Virus record (IMG/VR): IMGVR_UViG_3300036790_000223
Length of the DNA: 35,464 bases
Strand: one strand, 5' to 3'
From: a virus
Taxonomy: Duplodnaviria; Heunggongvirae; Uroviricota; Caudoviricetes
Shown: positions 1 through 7,768 of the stretch, one piece after another
How the letters are laid out: each line of letters opens with the position of its first letter
How positions within the stretch are numbered: position 1 is the first letter of the stretch
The notes under the pieces: model-generated
Databases searched by the model: none
What the model saw: only the letters and a program-made list of their open reading frames with translations
What the model was told of the DNA's origin: nothing
Made by a program: the position numbers and the translations under genes

Positions 1-966
1 ACTCTGCGTGATTACTGGACCGGTCACGGTCACGGTGGCCCCACTCACCACGCCTTTGAGCACGCCATCGCCTGGGGTACCGGGGGTGACTTTATGCGCT
101 GCGTGGCCCAGCTGACCGCCCACGGCAAGATGACCCCCGAACAAGCCAAGGGCTACTGCAACCTGCGCCATCATGAGGCCCTCGGCTACTGGCCCGCTCA
201 GCATGCCCGGATGGATAGGGGTAAGGGGCTCGGTTCCTGGCTGCGGGAGCAGCGCAACGACCGTGGCGAATGGGAAGACGGTGGCGAGGAGCCAGAGCCA
301 CCGCACCAGTCGCTCTACTCGCGGCTGGTCAACCCTGACAACCTGGCCGTGCCACCGAAGCCACAGGGGCGGCGGCACGCACCGATCTACCCGCGCGACG
401 TAGCCGAGGCTCCGATTGCGGCACTCAACCCGCTGCCGTTCCGGTCGAACTCGCACTTCTTCCGGAACCTGGTAGACCCGAACGAGACGGTGGACCTCAA
501 CGTGCGGCACCGGGTGGCTAAGGGCCTCGGTGCCTGGCTGAGTGAGGGACGCGACGCGCACGGCGAATGGACGCGCGGTGAGGGCGGCGCGATGACCCGC
601 CGCGATCCGGGGCCATCCGACTACGTGCAGCTGTTTCACGGCACCACAGCCGATAACGCACGTGACATCGCCCAGACCGGGATCCGCGAGCCCAGCTTCA
701 GCGAGAGCGACCCCACCTTGACCCCCGACCAGCACGGGGCGCAGGTGTGGGCCTACGAGCGCCACGGTGAGCTGGAGTGGCCTAAGAAGCCTGGCGCTGT
801 GGTGGAGGTTCGGGTGCCACGCGACAAGGAGAGCGAGTACCTGTACCCGGCGGGCTACATGGACACCCGAGCCCTGCGCAAGCCCATCCCGCCGGAGATG
901 ATCCACAGCTACAAGCCGGTCCCCGGCTTGACCCATGAGGACCGGGTAGCTTTGGGCGAGCGGTAA
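1..966 (+). CDS. 5'-truncated head-associated (MuF/head-morphogenesis-like) protein with C-terminal ADP-ribosyltransferase-like domain
   Basis: Frame 1 is open from base 1 (TLRDYWTGHG...IAWGTGGDFMRCV), so the gene starts upstream of the window. The YW..G...I.WG..GDF.RCV..L......AKG.C...H..A.G.WP block is one I recall from actinophage head-region proteins. The C-terminus has LFHGT...LTPD...A..WA...GAVVEVRVP...IPPE, the pattern of HGT-type ART folds. It lies directly upstream of the protease gene. Confidence 0.65.
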   Translation, partial: TLRDYWTGHGHGGPTHHAFEHAIAWGTGGDFMRCVAQLTAHGKMTPEQAKGYCNLRHHEALGYWPAQHARMDRGKGLGSWLREQRNDRGEWEDGGEEPEPPHQSLYSRLVNPDNLAVPPKPQGRRHAPIYPRDVAEAPIAALNPLPFRSNSHFFRNLVDPNETVDLNVRHRVAKGLGAWLSEGRDAHGEWTRGEGGAMTRRDPGPSDYVQLFHGTTADNARDIAQTGIREPSFSESDPTLTPDQHGAQVWAYERHGELEWPKKPGAVVEVRVPRDKESEYLYPAGYMDTRALRKPIPPEMIHSYKPVPGLTHEDRVALGER

Positions 967-982
967 GGCGTAACCGCTGGTC

Positions 983-1012
983 TTGCGCCTCACTGCCATC
1001 AGGTTGTATTGT
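983..1012 (+). promoter_or_regulatory. putative SigA-type promoter for the head operon
   Basis: TTGCGC (983-988), 18 nt, then TATTGT (1007-1012, TAnnnT) in an AT-rich patch of a GC-rich intergenic gap. The predicted start (~1018) coincides with the first base of a long stem. Confidence 0.45.
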
Positions 1013-1017
1013 TTATA

Positions 1018-1102
1018 GAAGTGCCAAGGGGCGCACTATGCCCTCGCACCGCCCACCCGTTCTCTTCAGGGTGCTGGCTCAGCTCCTTCCCCTTCGCACT
1101 TC
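1018..1102 (+). ncRNA. structured 5' leader or small RNA upstream of the protease gene
   Basis: GAAGTGC(1018-1024)-C-AAGGGG(1026-1031) pairs with CCCCTT(1089-1094)-C-GCACTTC(1096-1102). Inner hairpin GCCCACCC(1051-1058)/GGGTG-CT-GGC(1069-1078). Confidence 0.45.
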
Positions 1103-1122
1103 GAGCAAACCTGGAGGAGTCT

Positions 1123-4100
1123 TTGGCTGCCCAGGCGCTGGAGAAGTGGACCTACAACCCCAATCAGCAGCGTGGCTACGGCGGCCGGTTTGGCTCCGGC
1201 GGAGGACCCGCTCCAGCGGTTCAGCAGCAGCCCGCAGCCGCAGCTGGCCCGTCCGCACCACAGGAGTATGGCCCGCGAGGCAACGGCCCTGGCAAGCCAC
1301 CAGCCCCGGCTAAGAAGCCAGCCGCCAAGCCGAGCACCAAGCCAGCTGCCCAGGGGCAGCAGCCCGGGGCAAACGAGGTCTCCCCGGGCGAAAAGAAGGT
1401 CAACCAGCTGCTGACCCAGGCCCAGAACCTGGACAAAGAAGCAGCCACCATCTCCAAAAAGATCACCGCGCTGCGCAAGGAGCAGAAGGCGGCGCTGGCG
1501 GCTGCCAAAAAGGCCAGCGCCCCGGCCAGCTCCAGCCCCGCCAGCAGCGCTGCCCAGCCGGCGTCAGCAGCGCAGGCCAACGTCAGTGGCACAGCGGCGG
1601 GTTCTACCTCATCCACCTCTGCCGCTCAGTCCACTACGTCGCTGGCTGCCTCCTACACCGCGAAGGCGAAGGCCATCGGGGCACAGATTCACACCCTGCA
1701 GACCAAGGTGAACAGCCTCCACGCCCAAGCCAAGCAGCTGCGCGCTCAGGCTTCGCAGGTTAAGCACGTTGTCCCGGAAATCCACAAAGGAGCTGACGTG
1801 GCTACCACGCTCACCGAGCAGCCAGACGCGACCGTCTCGTTCCCGATCCTGAAGACGGAAACCACCGCCGATGGCGACCTGGTTGTCTACGGCAAGGCCA
1901 CCGATGGCACTCTCGACTCCGACGAGCAGATTGTGGACCCGGCCTGGTCGAGCAAGGCCCTGCAGAACTGGCTGAGCACCGGAGCCAACCTGCGAGTGCA
2001 GCACAACCCGCAGCGTGACCCAGCAGGAATCGGCCTGCAGGTTGACATGAACAAGGACAACTCCGGCGCACACTGGCTCAAGGCCCTGGTGGTGGAGCCG
2101 GTGGCTAAGCGGCTGGTGAGTAAGGGCGCACTGCGCGCCTTCAGCGTCGGGATCATGAAGCCACGCATCGTCACCGACCCTAAGGCCCGGGGCGGGCGGA
2201 TTGTCGATGGCGAGCTGGGCGAGGTCAGCCTGGTGGATCGCCCGGCCAACCGCAACTGCTCCTTCACCCTGGTGAAGGCAGACAAGACCGATGGCCACGC
2301 CGAGTGGGTGGGCGAACTGAATGGAGATCCCGAGTTCATGGCGAAGGCAACCGCGCCAAGCCCAACCGACGTAGCCCGCATGGTGAACAAGCGCGCCGTG
2401 GAGGCACCACCCGAGATGCCCGAGGTTCAGCAGGGCGACGTGCCGCTCAGTGTGTTCAGCGAGCCAGTGGCTAACCGGCTAGCCGAGGCCCTCAAGCGCG
2501 TCAAGGCCAACGGCGAGGTTGTGGACTCCAGCGGCAAGGACCGCTCCGACGTGGCTGGAGGGGACTTTGCTGGTCCAGGTAAGACCTTCCCGATTGAGAG
2601 CCAGGATGATGTCCCTGATGCTGCCAGCCTGGCGCACCACGCTAAGGACCCGGGCGCTGTGCGCAGCCGTATCCGCTCGATTGCTCAGCGTAAGTGGCCA
2701 GGGATGACCATGCCACCGTCGCTAGCCAGCAAGGGCGAACTGGACGAGCTGCCGAGCGCACTGATTAAGCAGCTTGACCTCGGCACGCTGAGCCTGGACG
2801 ACGCCTACAAGGCCATCACCGCCGCTGCCGACCTGATGAAGGGCGACGGAGGCGACTGCTCGACCTGCCACGGCACCGGCAAGATCCTCGAAGGCAACCG
2901 CCGCTGCCCCGACTGCCAGGGCTCAGGCAACAAGATCGAGTGGGCAGCTGAGATCACTAAGGGTGGCGGCCTGGCGAACTTTGGTGGTCACCAGTCGAAG
3001 CCGTACGGCGCTGGCGGCGTCAAGGACGACGATGATGATGACAAGCCCGACAACGCTGACGACAGCGGTGAGGCCGAGGACGACGTCAAGCAGGCCGTCC
3101 CCGCCACCGTGAAGATGTTCTGCCCGAACTGCGGCTCCAAGATGAAGAAGAAGGGCGCCTTCTGCCCTGGCTGCGGTTCCAAGGTGGCCATGCCGGATGA
3201 GACTAAGCACGTCATCCCGCACTCGCACCCCACCCCGGGTGACGGCGTGAAGGGCAAGGACACCGAGCCAGCTGCTCGCCACCGGGAGCCGGACGGTGAC
3301 CAGGTGGAGGACTTTGAACACGACAGCGGGATGGAAGACGGCGACGAGCACGGCAGCGGCAAGCCGCCCGAGCCCGCCCCCACCTGGGGCAAGAAGGGCC
3401 ACTCCGACCCAGACCCAGCCGATGGCGTCGACAACAAGAAGCCGACCGAGCGCGGCCCCGGTAAGGACGAGGAGAAGGAGCGTCCTGAGGCTGAGTTCGA
3501 GGTCAAGATGCGCACCACCGAGGCGCCCTACACCATGATGCGTGCCCACGATGCCGTCTGCGCTGCCTACAACGGCGCAGAGGTGCTGGCGGAGTACCCG
3601 TCGCTCAAGGGCTACACCGACGCCATTGACATCGAGCAGTGGCGTGATGCTGCCCGGGCCACGGTCGACGGTGGCAACCTGGCCGATGCACAGAAGGCCC
3701 TGGCCGTGGCGAGCGCGGCGGAGACGCTGTCCAAGATGGACCCAGAGGCTGTTGCTGATGGGCGGGCAGCCCTGCATAAGAACTTCGCCAGCATGTACCC
3801 GAGTGTCCACCTGTCGCCGGGGTCTATCAGCCCGACCCAGTTCAAGCGGCCTTACATCTCAGCGGGCCACTCCCCGCTGTCGGCTGAGGCACCTAAGGGC
3901 CAGCCAGACGGGCACATCCCGCCGAGCGCCCCGCACGCTGATGCGTTCACCCGTGGCCCGCTGACGGCCGGTCACGAGGCTGTCAGCCCGGCTAACGGTG
4001 GCACCCGTACCGTCGCCATGGCCACCGGCAAGAGCGCCGCTATGGGTGCTCTGACGGTCGTGCATGACGAAATCGCCAACCTGTTCCCCGAACTGTGCCC

Positions 4101-4674
4101 GATGGGCACTACGCACGTCACCCCGAGCGGCAAGAGCGCCCCGGTTAGCGATGGCATCGCGGCCCAGCTGCGCTCTCACTCTCAGCGTTCGGGCAGCACC
4201 CACGAAATCACCAAGTCCGAAACTCCGGTGGTGCCGGTGATCCGGGCACGAAAGAACAAGGCGGCCGGAAGCGACAACGCCCTCCTGGCGCAGCTGGTTC
4301 AGCAGAACGAGCAGCTGATCAAGGCCGTCAACTCCTATAACGCAGCTAACGAGTTCCTCACCAAGCAGGTCAGCGACCTGACTGACCGCGACGGTGAGTA
4401 CTCGCAGACGATCAACAAGATGCAGGCTGAACTTGATCACTTTGGCCGCATGCCTGACCCGATGATGGCGCCGCTACGCAGCGCTACCAGCTACGGTCCC
4501 GATGATGCCTCCAGCGGTGCTGTGCCAGCGGAGCGGCGCTCCCTGGTTGACGAGGCAGCCAACAAGGTCCGTGCAGAAAAGCTGATGTTCTTCAAGTCGC
4601 TCGCGGCGTCAGGTGACCCGCAACTCCGTGAAGGAGCCGAGCAGCAGATCGCCAAGCTGCTGGGCGCCCCCTAA
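1123..4674 (+). CDS. prohead (capsid maturation) protease fused to scaffold and accessory modules
   Basis: Start moved to TTG 1123 after GGAGGAG. HK97-type protease core: VVYGKATDGTLDSDEQIVD...LRVQH...AFSVG...EVSLVDRPAN. It is followed by CxxCxGxG and double zinc-ribbon motifs, an acidic linker and a C-terminal coiled-coil. It lies immediately before the capsid gene. Confidence 0.85.
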   Translation: MAAQALEKWTYNPNQQRGYGGRFGSGGGPAPAVQQQPAAAAGPSAPQEYGPRGNGPGKPPAPAKKPAAKPSTKPAAQGQQPGANEVSPGEKKVNQLLTQAQNLDKEAATISKKITALRKEQKAALAAAKKASAPASSSPASSAAQPASAAQANVSGTAAGSTSSTSAAQSTTSLAASYTAKAKAIGAQIHTLQTKVNSLHAQAKQLRAQASQVKHVVPEIHKGADVATTLTEQPDATVSFPILKTETTADGDLVVYGKATDGTLDSDEQIVDPAWSSKALQNWLSTGANLRVQHNPQRDPAGIGLQVDMNKDNSGAHWLKALVVEPVAKRLVSKGALRAFSVGIMKPRIVTDPKARGGRIVDGELGEVSLVDRPANRNCSFTLVKADKTDGHAEWVGELNGDPEFMAKATAPSPTDVARMVNKRAVEAPPEMPEVQQGDVPLSVFSEPVANRLAEALKRVKANGEVVDSSGKDRSDVAGGDFAGPGKTFPIESQDDVPDAASLAHHAKDPGAVRSRIRSIAQRKWPGMTMPPSLASKGELDELPSALIKQLDLGTLSLDDAYKAITAAADLMKGDGGDCSTCHGTGKILEGNRRCPDCQGSGNKIEWAAEITKGGGLANFGGHQSKPYGAGGVKDDDDDDKPDNADDSGEAEDDVKQAVPATVKMFCPNCGSKMKKKGAFCPGCGSKVAMPDETKHVIPHSHPTPGDGVKGKDTEPAARHREPDGDQVEDFEHDSGMEDGDEHGSGKPPEPAPTWGKKGHSDPDPADGVDNKKPTERGPGKDEEKERPEAEFEVKMRTTEAPYTMMRAHDAVCAAYNGAEVLAEYPSLKGYTDAIDIEQWRDAARATVDGGNLADAQKALAVASAAETLSKMDPEAVADGRAALHKNFASMYPSVHLSPGSISPTQFKRPYISAGHSPLSAEAPKGQPDGHIPPSAPHADAFTRGPLTAGHEAVSPANGGTRTVAMATGKSAAMGALTVVHDEIANLFPELCPMGTTHVTPSGKSAPVSDGIAAQLRSHSQRSGSTHEITKSETPVVPVIRARKNKAAGSDNALLAQLVQQNEQLIKAVNSYNAANEFLTKQVSDLTDRDGEYSQTINKMQAELDHFGRMPDPMMAPLRSATSYGPDDASSGAVPAERRSLVDEAANKVRAEKLMFFKSLAASGDPQLREGAEQQIAKLLGAP

Positions 4675-4709
4675 CCGTCGAAACAGCACCAGCCTGAAAG
4701 GGCAATTCC

Positions 4710-6557
4710 ATGGCAGACATCCTCACGCCGACCGAGGTGGCCTCCGAGGCCGCTAAGGAGGCGTCCTGGTATGACACCCCGGTCGACATGCTGGCCGGGC
4801 GCATGCCAGAAGCCGTCAAGGGCGCAGGCTTTGCCCGCCCCGGCGGTACCAAGGTCCTGGACAACCAGGATGAGATCTTCGACCGGTCGTTCAAGGCCAC
4901 GCAGGCTCTGCGCTCGGCCACGTTCAAGGGCTACCACGCGCCAGACTCGGTCCGTAAGTCGCTTAACCCGTCGTTCACCAGCCAGTTCGGTAACTTCATG
5001 GCTGCGGGGACGCCAGGCTTTGGTGACCAGGGCACCGGCCAGCTGGTCAGCCAGCTGAACTCGATCTTCAGCCAGACCGACGCGCTGAAGAACTTCACCC
5101 TGACCGCACCACTGGCTTCTGGCTTTGTGCCATTTGACCTCGTGGCGCCGTCCCGGCTGATCTACCCGGTCTACAGCCCGCTGCGCAACAAGATCCCGCG
5201 CACCCCGGGTCAGGGCACCAGCCGCCGGGTGAAGGTCGTCACTGGTGTTTCGGGCTCGCAGACTGGCGCTCAGGGCGTCATCGACATCTCGATTCCTGAG
5301 CTGGTCGCTGGCTCGTCCATCACGGGCACCTGGCCGCTGAACCTGCCTGCCTCGGGCAACCAGACGGCTGTGGACCTGAACATCCCCTACCAGTTCTTCG
5401 GCCTGACTGAGGCGCTGTCGTGGCTGGCTCAGTTTGGCGGCCAGGGCTTTGAGGACATGTCCGCCCTGGCGAACCTGATCCTGCTGCAGGAGTTCATGCT
5501 GGCGGAGGAGTACGCCCTGCTGGCGGCTACCCCGGTCAACCTGACCACTCCGGCTACCCCGACCGTGGCTGCCCGCGCGCCAGGCAGTAACGAGACTGCC
5601 GTGGCCAACGCCACCTACCAGGTGATCGTGACCGCGACTAACTACTACGGCGAGACCGTGGGCTCGGCTGCCTCGGGCACCGTCACCCCGTCTAGCCAGG
5701 TGATTGACGTCACCATCTCCCCAGTGGCCGGTGCGCAGCAGTACAACATCTACATCGGCACCACGGGCGTGGCATCGACCAGCTACCTGCAGGCTGGGAC
5801 CAGCTTCCAGGGTTCGACTACGTTCGTCGGTGCTCAGCAGGCTGGCGGCGTCGGTGGCCACAAGTTCACCATCCAGGGCACGGTCGCTACGGCGGCTAAC
5901 GGTGCCTCGCCTGTCGCGGACACCGGCACCGGCAAGTCCACCCGGATGGAGGGCCTGATCCCGACTCTGGCTGGCCAGAGCGCAGGCATCTACCCAACCT
6001 CGCCTCCATGGGAGGGTGGGTACGTCAACCAGTCGCTGGGTACGCATCTGTCGATCTCGGCAGTGAACAACGCCCTGCAGGCTCTGTTTGACGGTTCCGG
6101 CTCCAACAACCCGGGTGCGTTCCGCGCTGACCCGGCGGAGCTGGTTGGTGAGGGTGGCGACATTATGCGGATGTCTAACGACATCGTGCAAAGTGGCCAG
6201 GCCACCACCTACCAGCTTCTGGTGGACCAGGGCCAGGTGGACGGGGTTACCAGCGGTGCTGCGGTCTCGCAGTTCCAGAACCCGATCACCCGGTCCAAGA
6301 TCCAGATCCTGGTGCATCCGTGGCTGACGCAGGGCACCGCCATGCTGATGAGCTACACCCTCCCGTTCACCTGGTCCAACGTGGCCAACTGCTGGGAGAT
6401 GGTGATGGTTCAGGACTACCTGTCCATCAGCTGGCCAGTGATTGACGCCACCTTCAGGTACTCGCTGTTCCAGTACGGCGCTCTGGTTGCTCAGGCTCCG
6501 TACTACAGCGCCATCCTGCAGGGCATTCAGGTGTCGGACACCACGCCGTACGCCTGA
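4710..6557 (+). CDS. major capsid protein (HK97 fold) with N-terminal propeptide and internal Ig/FnIII-like insertion
   Basis: Follows the protease gene, RBS AAAGG. The GFVPFDLVAPSRLIYPVYSPLRNKIPR..G.G motif is typical of one large phage capsid family. Internal segment TPATPTVA...TYQVIVTATNYYGET...VIDVTISPVAGAQQYNIYIG is a beta-sandwich. Confidence 0.85.
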   Translation: MADILTPTEVASEAAKEASWYDTPVDMLAGRMPEAVKGAGFARPGGTKVLDNQDEIFDRSFKATQALRSATFKGYHAPDSVRKSLNPSFTSQFGNFMAAGTPGFGDQGTGQLVSQLNSIFSQTDALKNFTLTAPLASGFVPFDLVAPSRLIYPVYSPLRNKIPRTPGQGTSRRVKVVTGVSGSQTGAQGVIDISIPELVAGSSITGTWPLNLPASGNQTAVDLNIPYQFFGLTEALSWLAQFGGQGFEDMSALANLILLQEFMLAEEYALLAATPVNLTTPATPTVAARAPGSNETAVANATYQVIVTATNYYGETVGSAASGTVTPSSQVIDVTISPVAGAQQYNIYIGTTGVASTSYLQAGTSFQGSTTFVGAQQAGGVGGHKFTIQGTVATAANGASPVADTGTGKSTRMEGLIPTLAGQSAGIYPTSPPWEGGYVNQSLGTHLSISAVNNALQALFDGSGSNNPGAFRADPAELVGEGGDIMRMSNDIVQSGQATTYQLLVDQGQVDGVTSGAAVSQFQNPITRSKIQILVHPWLTQGTAMLMSYTLPFTWSNVANCWEMVMVQDYLSISWPVIDATFRYSLFQYGALVAQAPYYSAILQGIQVSDTTPYA

Positions 6558-6564
6558 TCTGAGC

Positions 6565-6624
6565 GTGGCCGGGCTCGTCCCCCCAGGCAGGCACAGCCTT
6601 TGCTGCGCGAGCCCGGCCACTTTT
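6565..6624 (+). terminator. long hairpin plus T-run after the capsid gene
   Basis: Perfect 13-bp inverted repeat GTGGCCGGGCTCG (6565-6577)/CGAGCCCGGCCAC (6608-6620) followed by TTTT. Confidence 0.6.
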
Positions 6625-6649
6625 ACCTGCCCTAAGGAAAGGGATAGCT

Positions 6650-6934
6650 GTGGCATCCACTCCAATTAACGTGACCTCCACGGCCACGGTGGTCGCTACG
6701 GCGTCCACTGGGGTCAACCAGACCATCCGCATTCACGTGGATGTCAACAGCCCCATCGTGTACCTGGGGTCTAACTCGGGTGTCACCTCCAGCACCGGCC
6801 TGGCCGTGGGCGGTGGCTCCAACGTCGTTATCGAGCGCGCAGGCATGGCACCGAGCACCGCGCTGACCATCTACGGACTGGTCGCCTCAGGCTCGGCGTC
6901 CGGTCGCCTGCAGGTTTCCAGCACCACCGCGTAG
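6650..6934 (+). CDS. small Ser/Thr-rich beta-strand virion protein (possible head decoration)
   Basis: GTG start after AAGGAAAGGG. 94 aa with the VYLG..SGVT..TG pattern seen in small phage structural proteins. Located directly after the capsid gene. Confidence 0.55.
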   Translation: MASTPINVTSTATVVATASTGVNQTIRIHVDVNSPIVYLGSNSGVTSSTGLAVGGGSNVVIERAGMAPSTALTIYGLVASGSASGRLQVSSTTA

Positions 6935-6945
6935 GAATCCCCGAT

Positions 6946-6969
6946 CCGGCACGGCGCCGGTTTCTGTTT
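6946..6969 (+). terminator. possible weak intrinsic terminator
   Basis: CCGGC-acggc-GCCGG followed by TTTCTGTTT just after the stop at 6934. Confidence 0.35.
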
Positions 6970-6999
6970 CCTTGAATCTCCCCAAAGGAGGAGGCATTC

Positions 7000-7665
7000 G
7001 TGCCTAGCATCATCAACCCTCAGGTCAATGAGACGCAGGCGCCGTACCAGTTCGACAGCGGCGTCATCATGGGCGGAGCCAACGTCGCAGGCGGCGGCTC
7101 GGCGCTTTCCCCGGCTAACGTCGGGCTCAAGGCGTGGGACTTCCCGCTGATCCTGGCTAACGGCACCGGCAGCGCCAAGGCGACCGCGCAGTCGCTGTAC
7201 CTGGCACAGATCAACCTGAACGTCAGCACGGTCATCAGCAACATTTACCTGAACTACCAGGCCGCCGGTACAGCGGTATCCACCACGGCGAGTTTCGCCG
7301 GGCTGTACTACGTCAACAGCACCAGCACGGCAACGCTAGTGGCGTCCACGACCCAGATTGGCAACTCGGCCACCGTGGCGGGGTTCGCCACCTGTCCGCT
7401 CACCGTGCCGTTCACGACGGCGGCCAGTGGGGCGTACTACGTGGGTGTGCTGCTCGGCACCTCCACCACCGTGCCGGTCTTCCGTACCGCCAACGGTGTG
7501 ATTACGGTGACGACCGACGCAACCACGGTAGCCGGGCCGAACGCTGTCGCGACGAACTACCAGTACGCGGTTGGGGGTACGTCCCTGACGGTGCTGCCAA
7601 CCTCGCTCACCCTGTCGTCCAACACCCTGACGGGTGCTTACGCCTTCTGGACTGGTGTGGCGTAG
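7000..7665 (+). CDS. virion-associated beta-sandwich protein (head fibre/decoration-like)
   Basis: GTG start after AAAGGAGGAGG. 221 aa rich in T/A/S/G with a SLYLAQI...FAGLY...LVAST...GAYYVGVL pattern typical of phage structural beta-sandwich domains. Confidence 0.55.
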   Translation: MPSIINPQVNETQAPYQFDSGVIMGGANVAGGGSALSPANVGLKAWDFPLILANGTGSAKATAQSLYLAQINLNVSTVISNIYLNYQAAGTAVSTTASFAGLYYVNSTSTATLVASTTQIGNSATVAGFATCPLTVPFTTAASGAYYVGVLLGTSTTVPVFRTANGVITVTTDATTVAGPNAVATNYQYAVGGTSLTVLPTSLTLSSNTLTGAYAFWTGVA

Positions 7666-7696
7666 CAGGGGTGGTATAACACGCATAGCAACAATG

Positions 7697-7746
7697 GGGC
7701 TCCCGCAGTCTCCCCCGGGAGATTGCGGGAGCCCTTTTCCTTCTTT
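7697..7746 (+). terminator. strong intrinsic terminator between the head genes and the sugar cassette
   Basis: About 17-bp stem GGGCTCCCGCAGTCTCC/GGAGATTGCGGGAGCCC (one G-U pair) followed by TTTTCCTTCTTT. Confidence 0.65.
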
Positions 7747-7768
7747 CGCCGGGGGGCGAACAGCAGCA

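Noticed and set aside
1009-1122. ORF-track N-terminal extension of the protease (similar cases at 7634, 9482, 16082, 21821, 30399, 35317)
   Set aside because: The extensions cross promoters, hairpins or upstream genes and lack an RBS. Downstream starts with SD sequences or stop-start overlaps fit better.
4671-6665. 664-aa minus-strand ORF opposite the capsid gene
   Set aside because: Shadow ORF expected from GC-rich codon bias. It has no motifs and the plus strand encodes a recognisable capsid protein.
7672-7680. TGGTATAAC as an extended -10 promoter before the terminator hairpin
   Set aside because: It lacks the conserved final T and has no -35 element, so it is too weak to call a promoter-attenuator.
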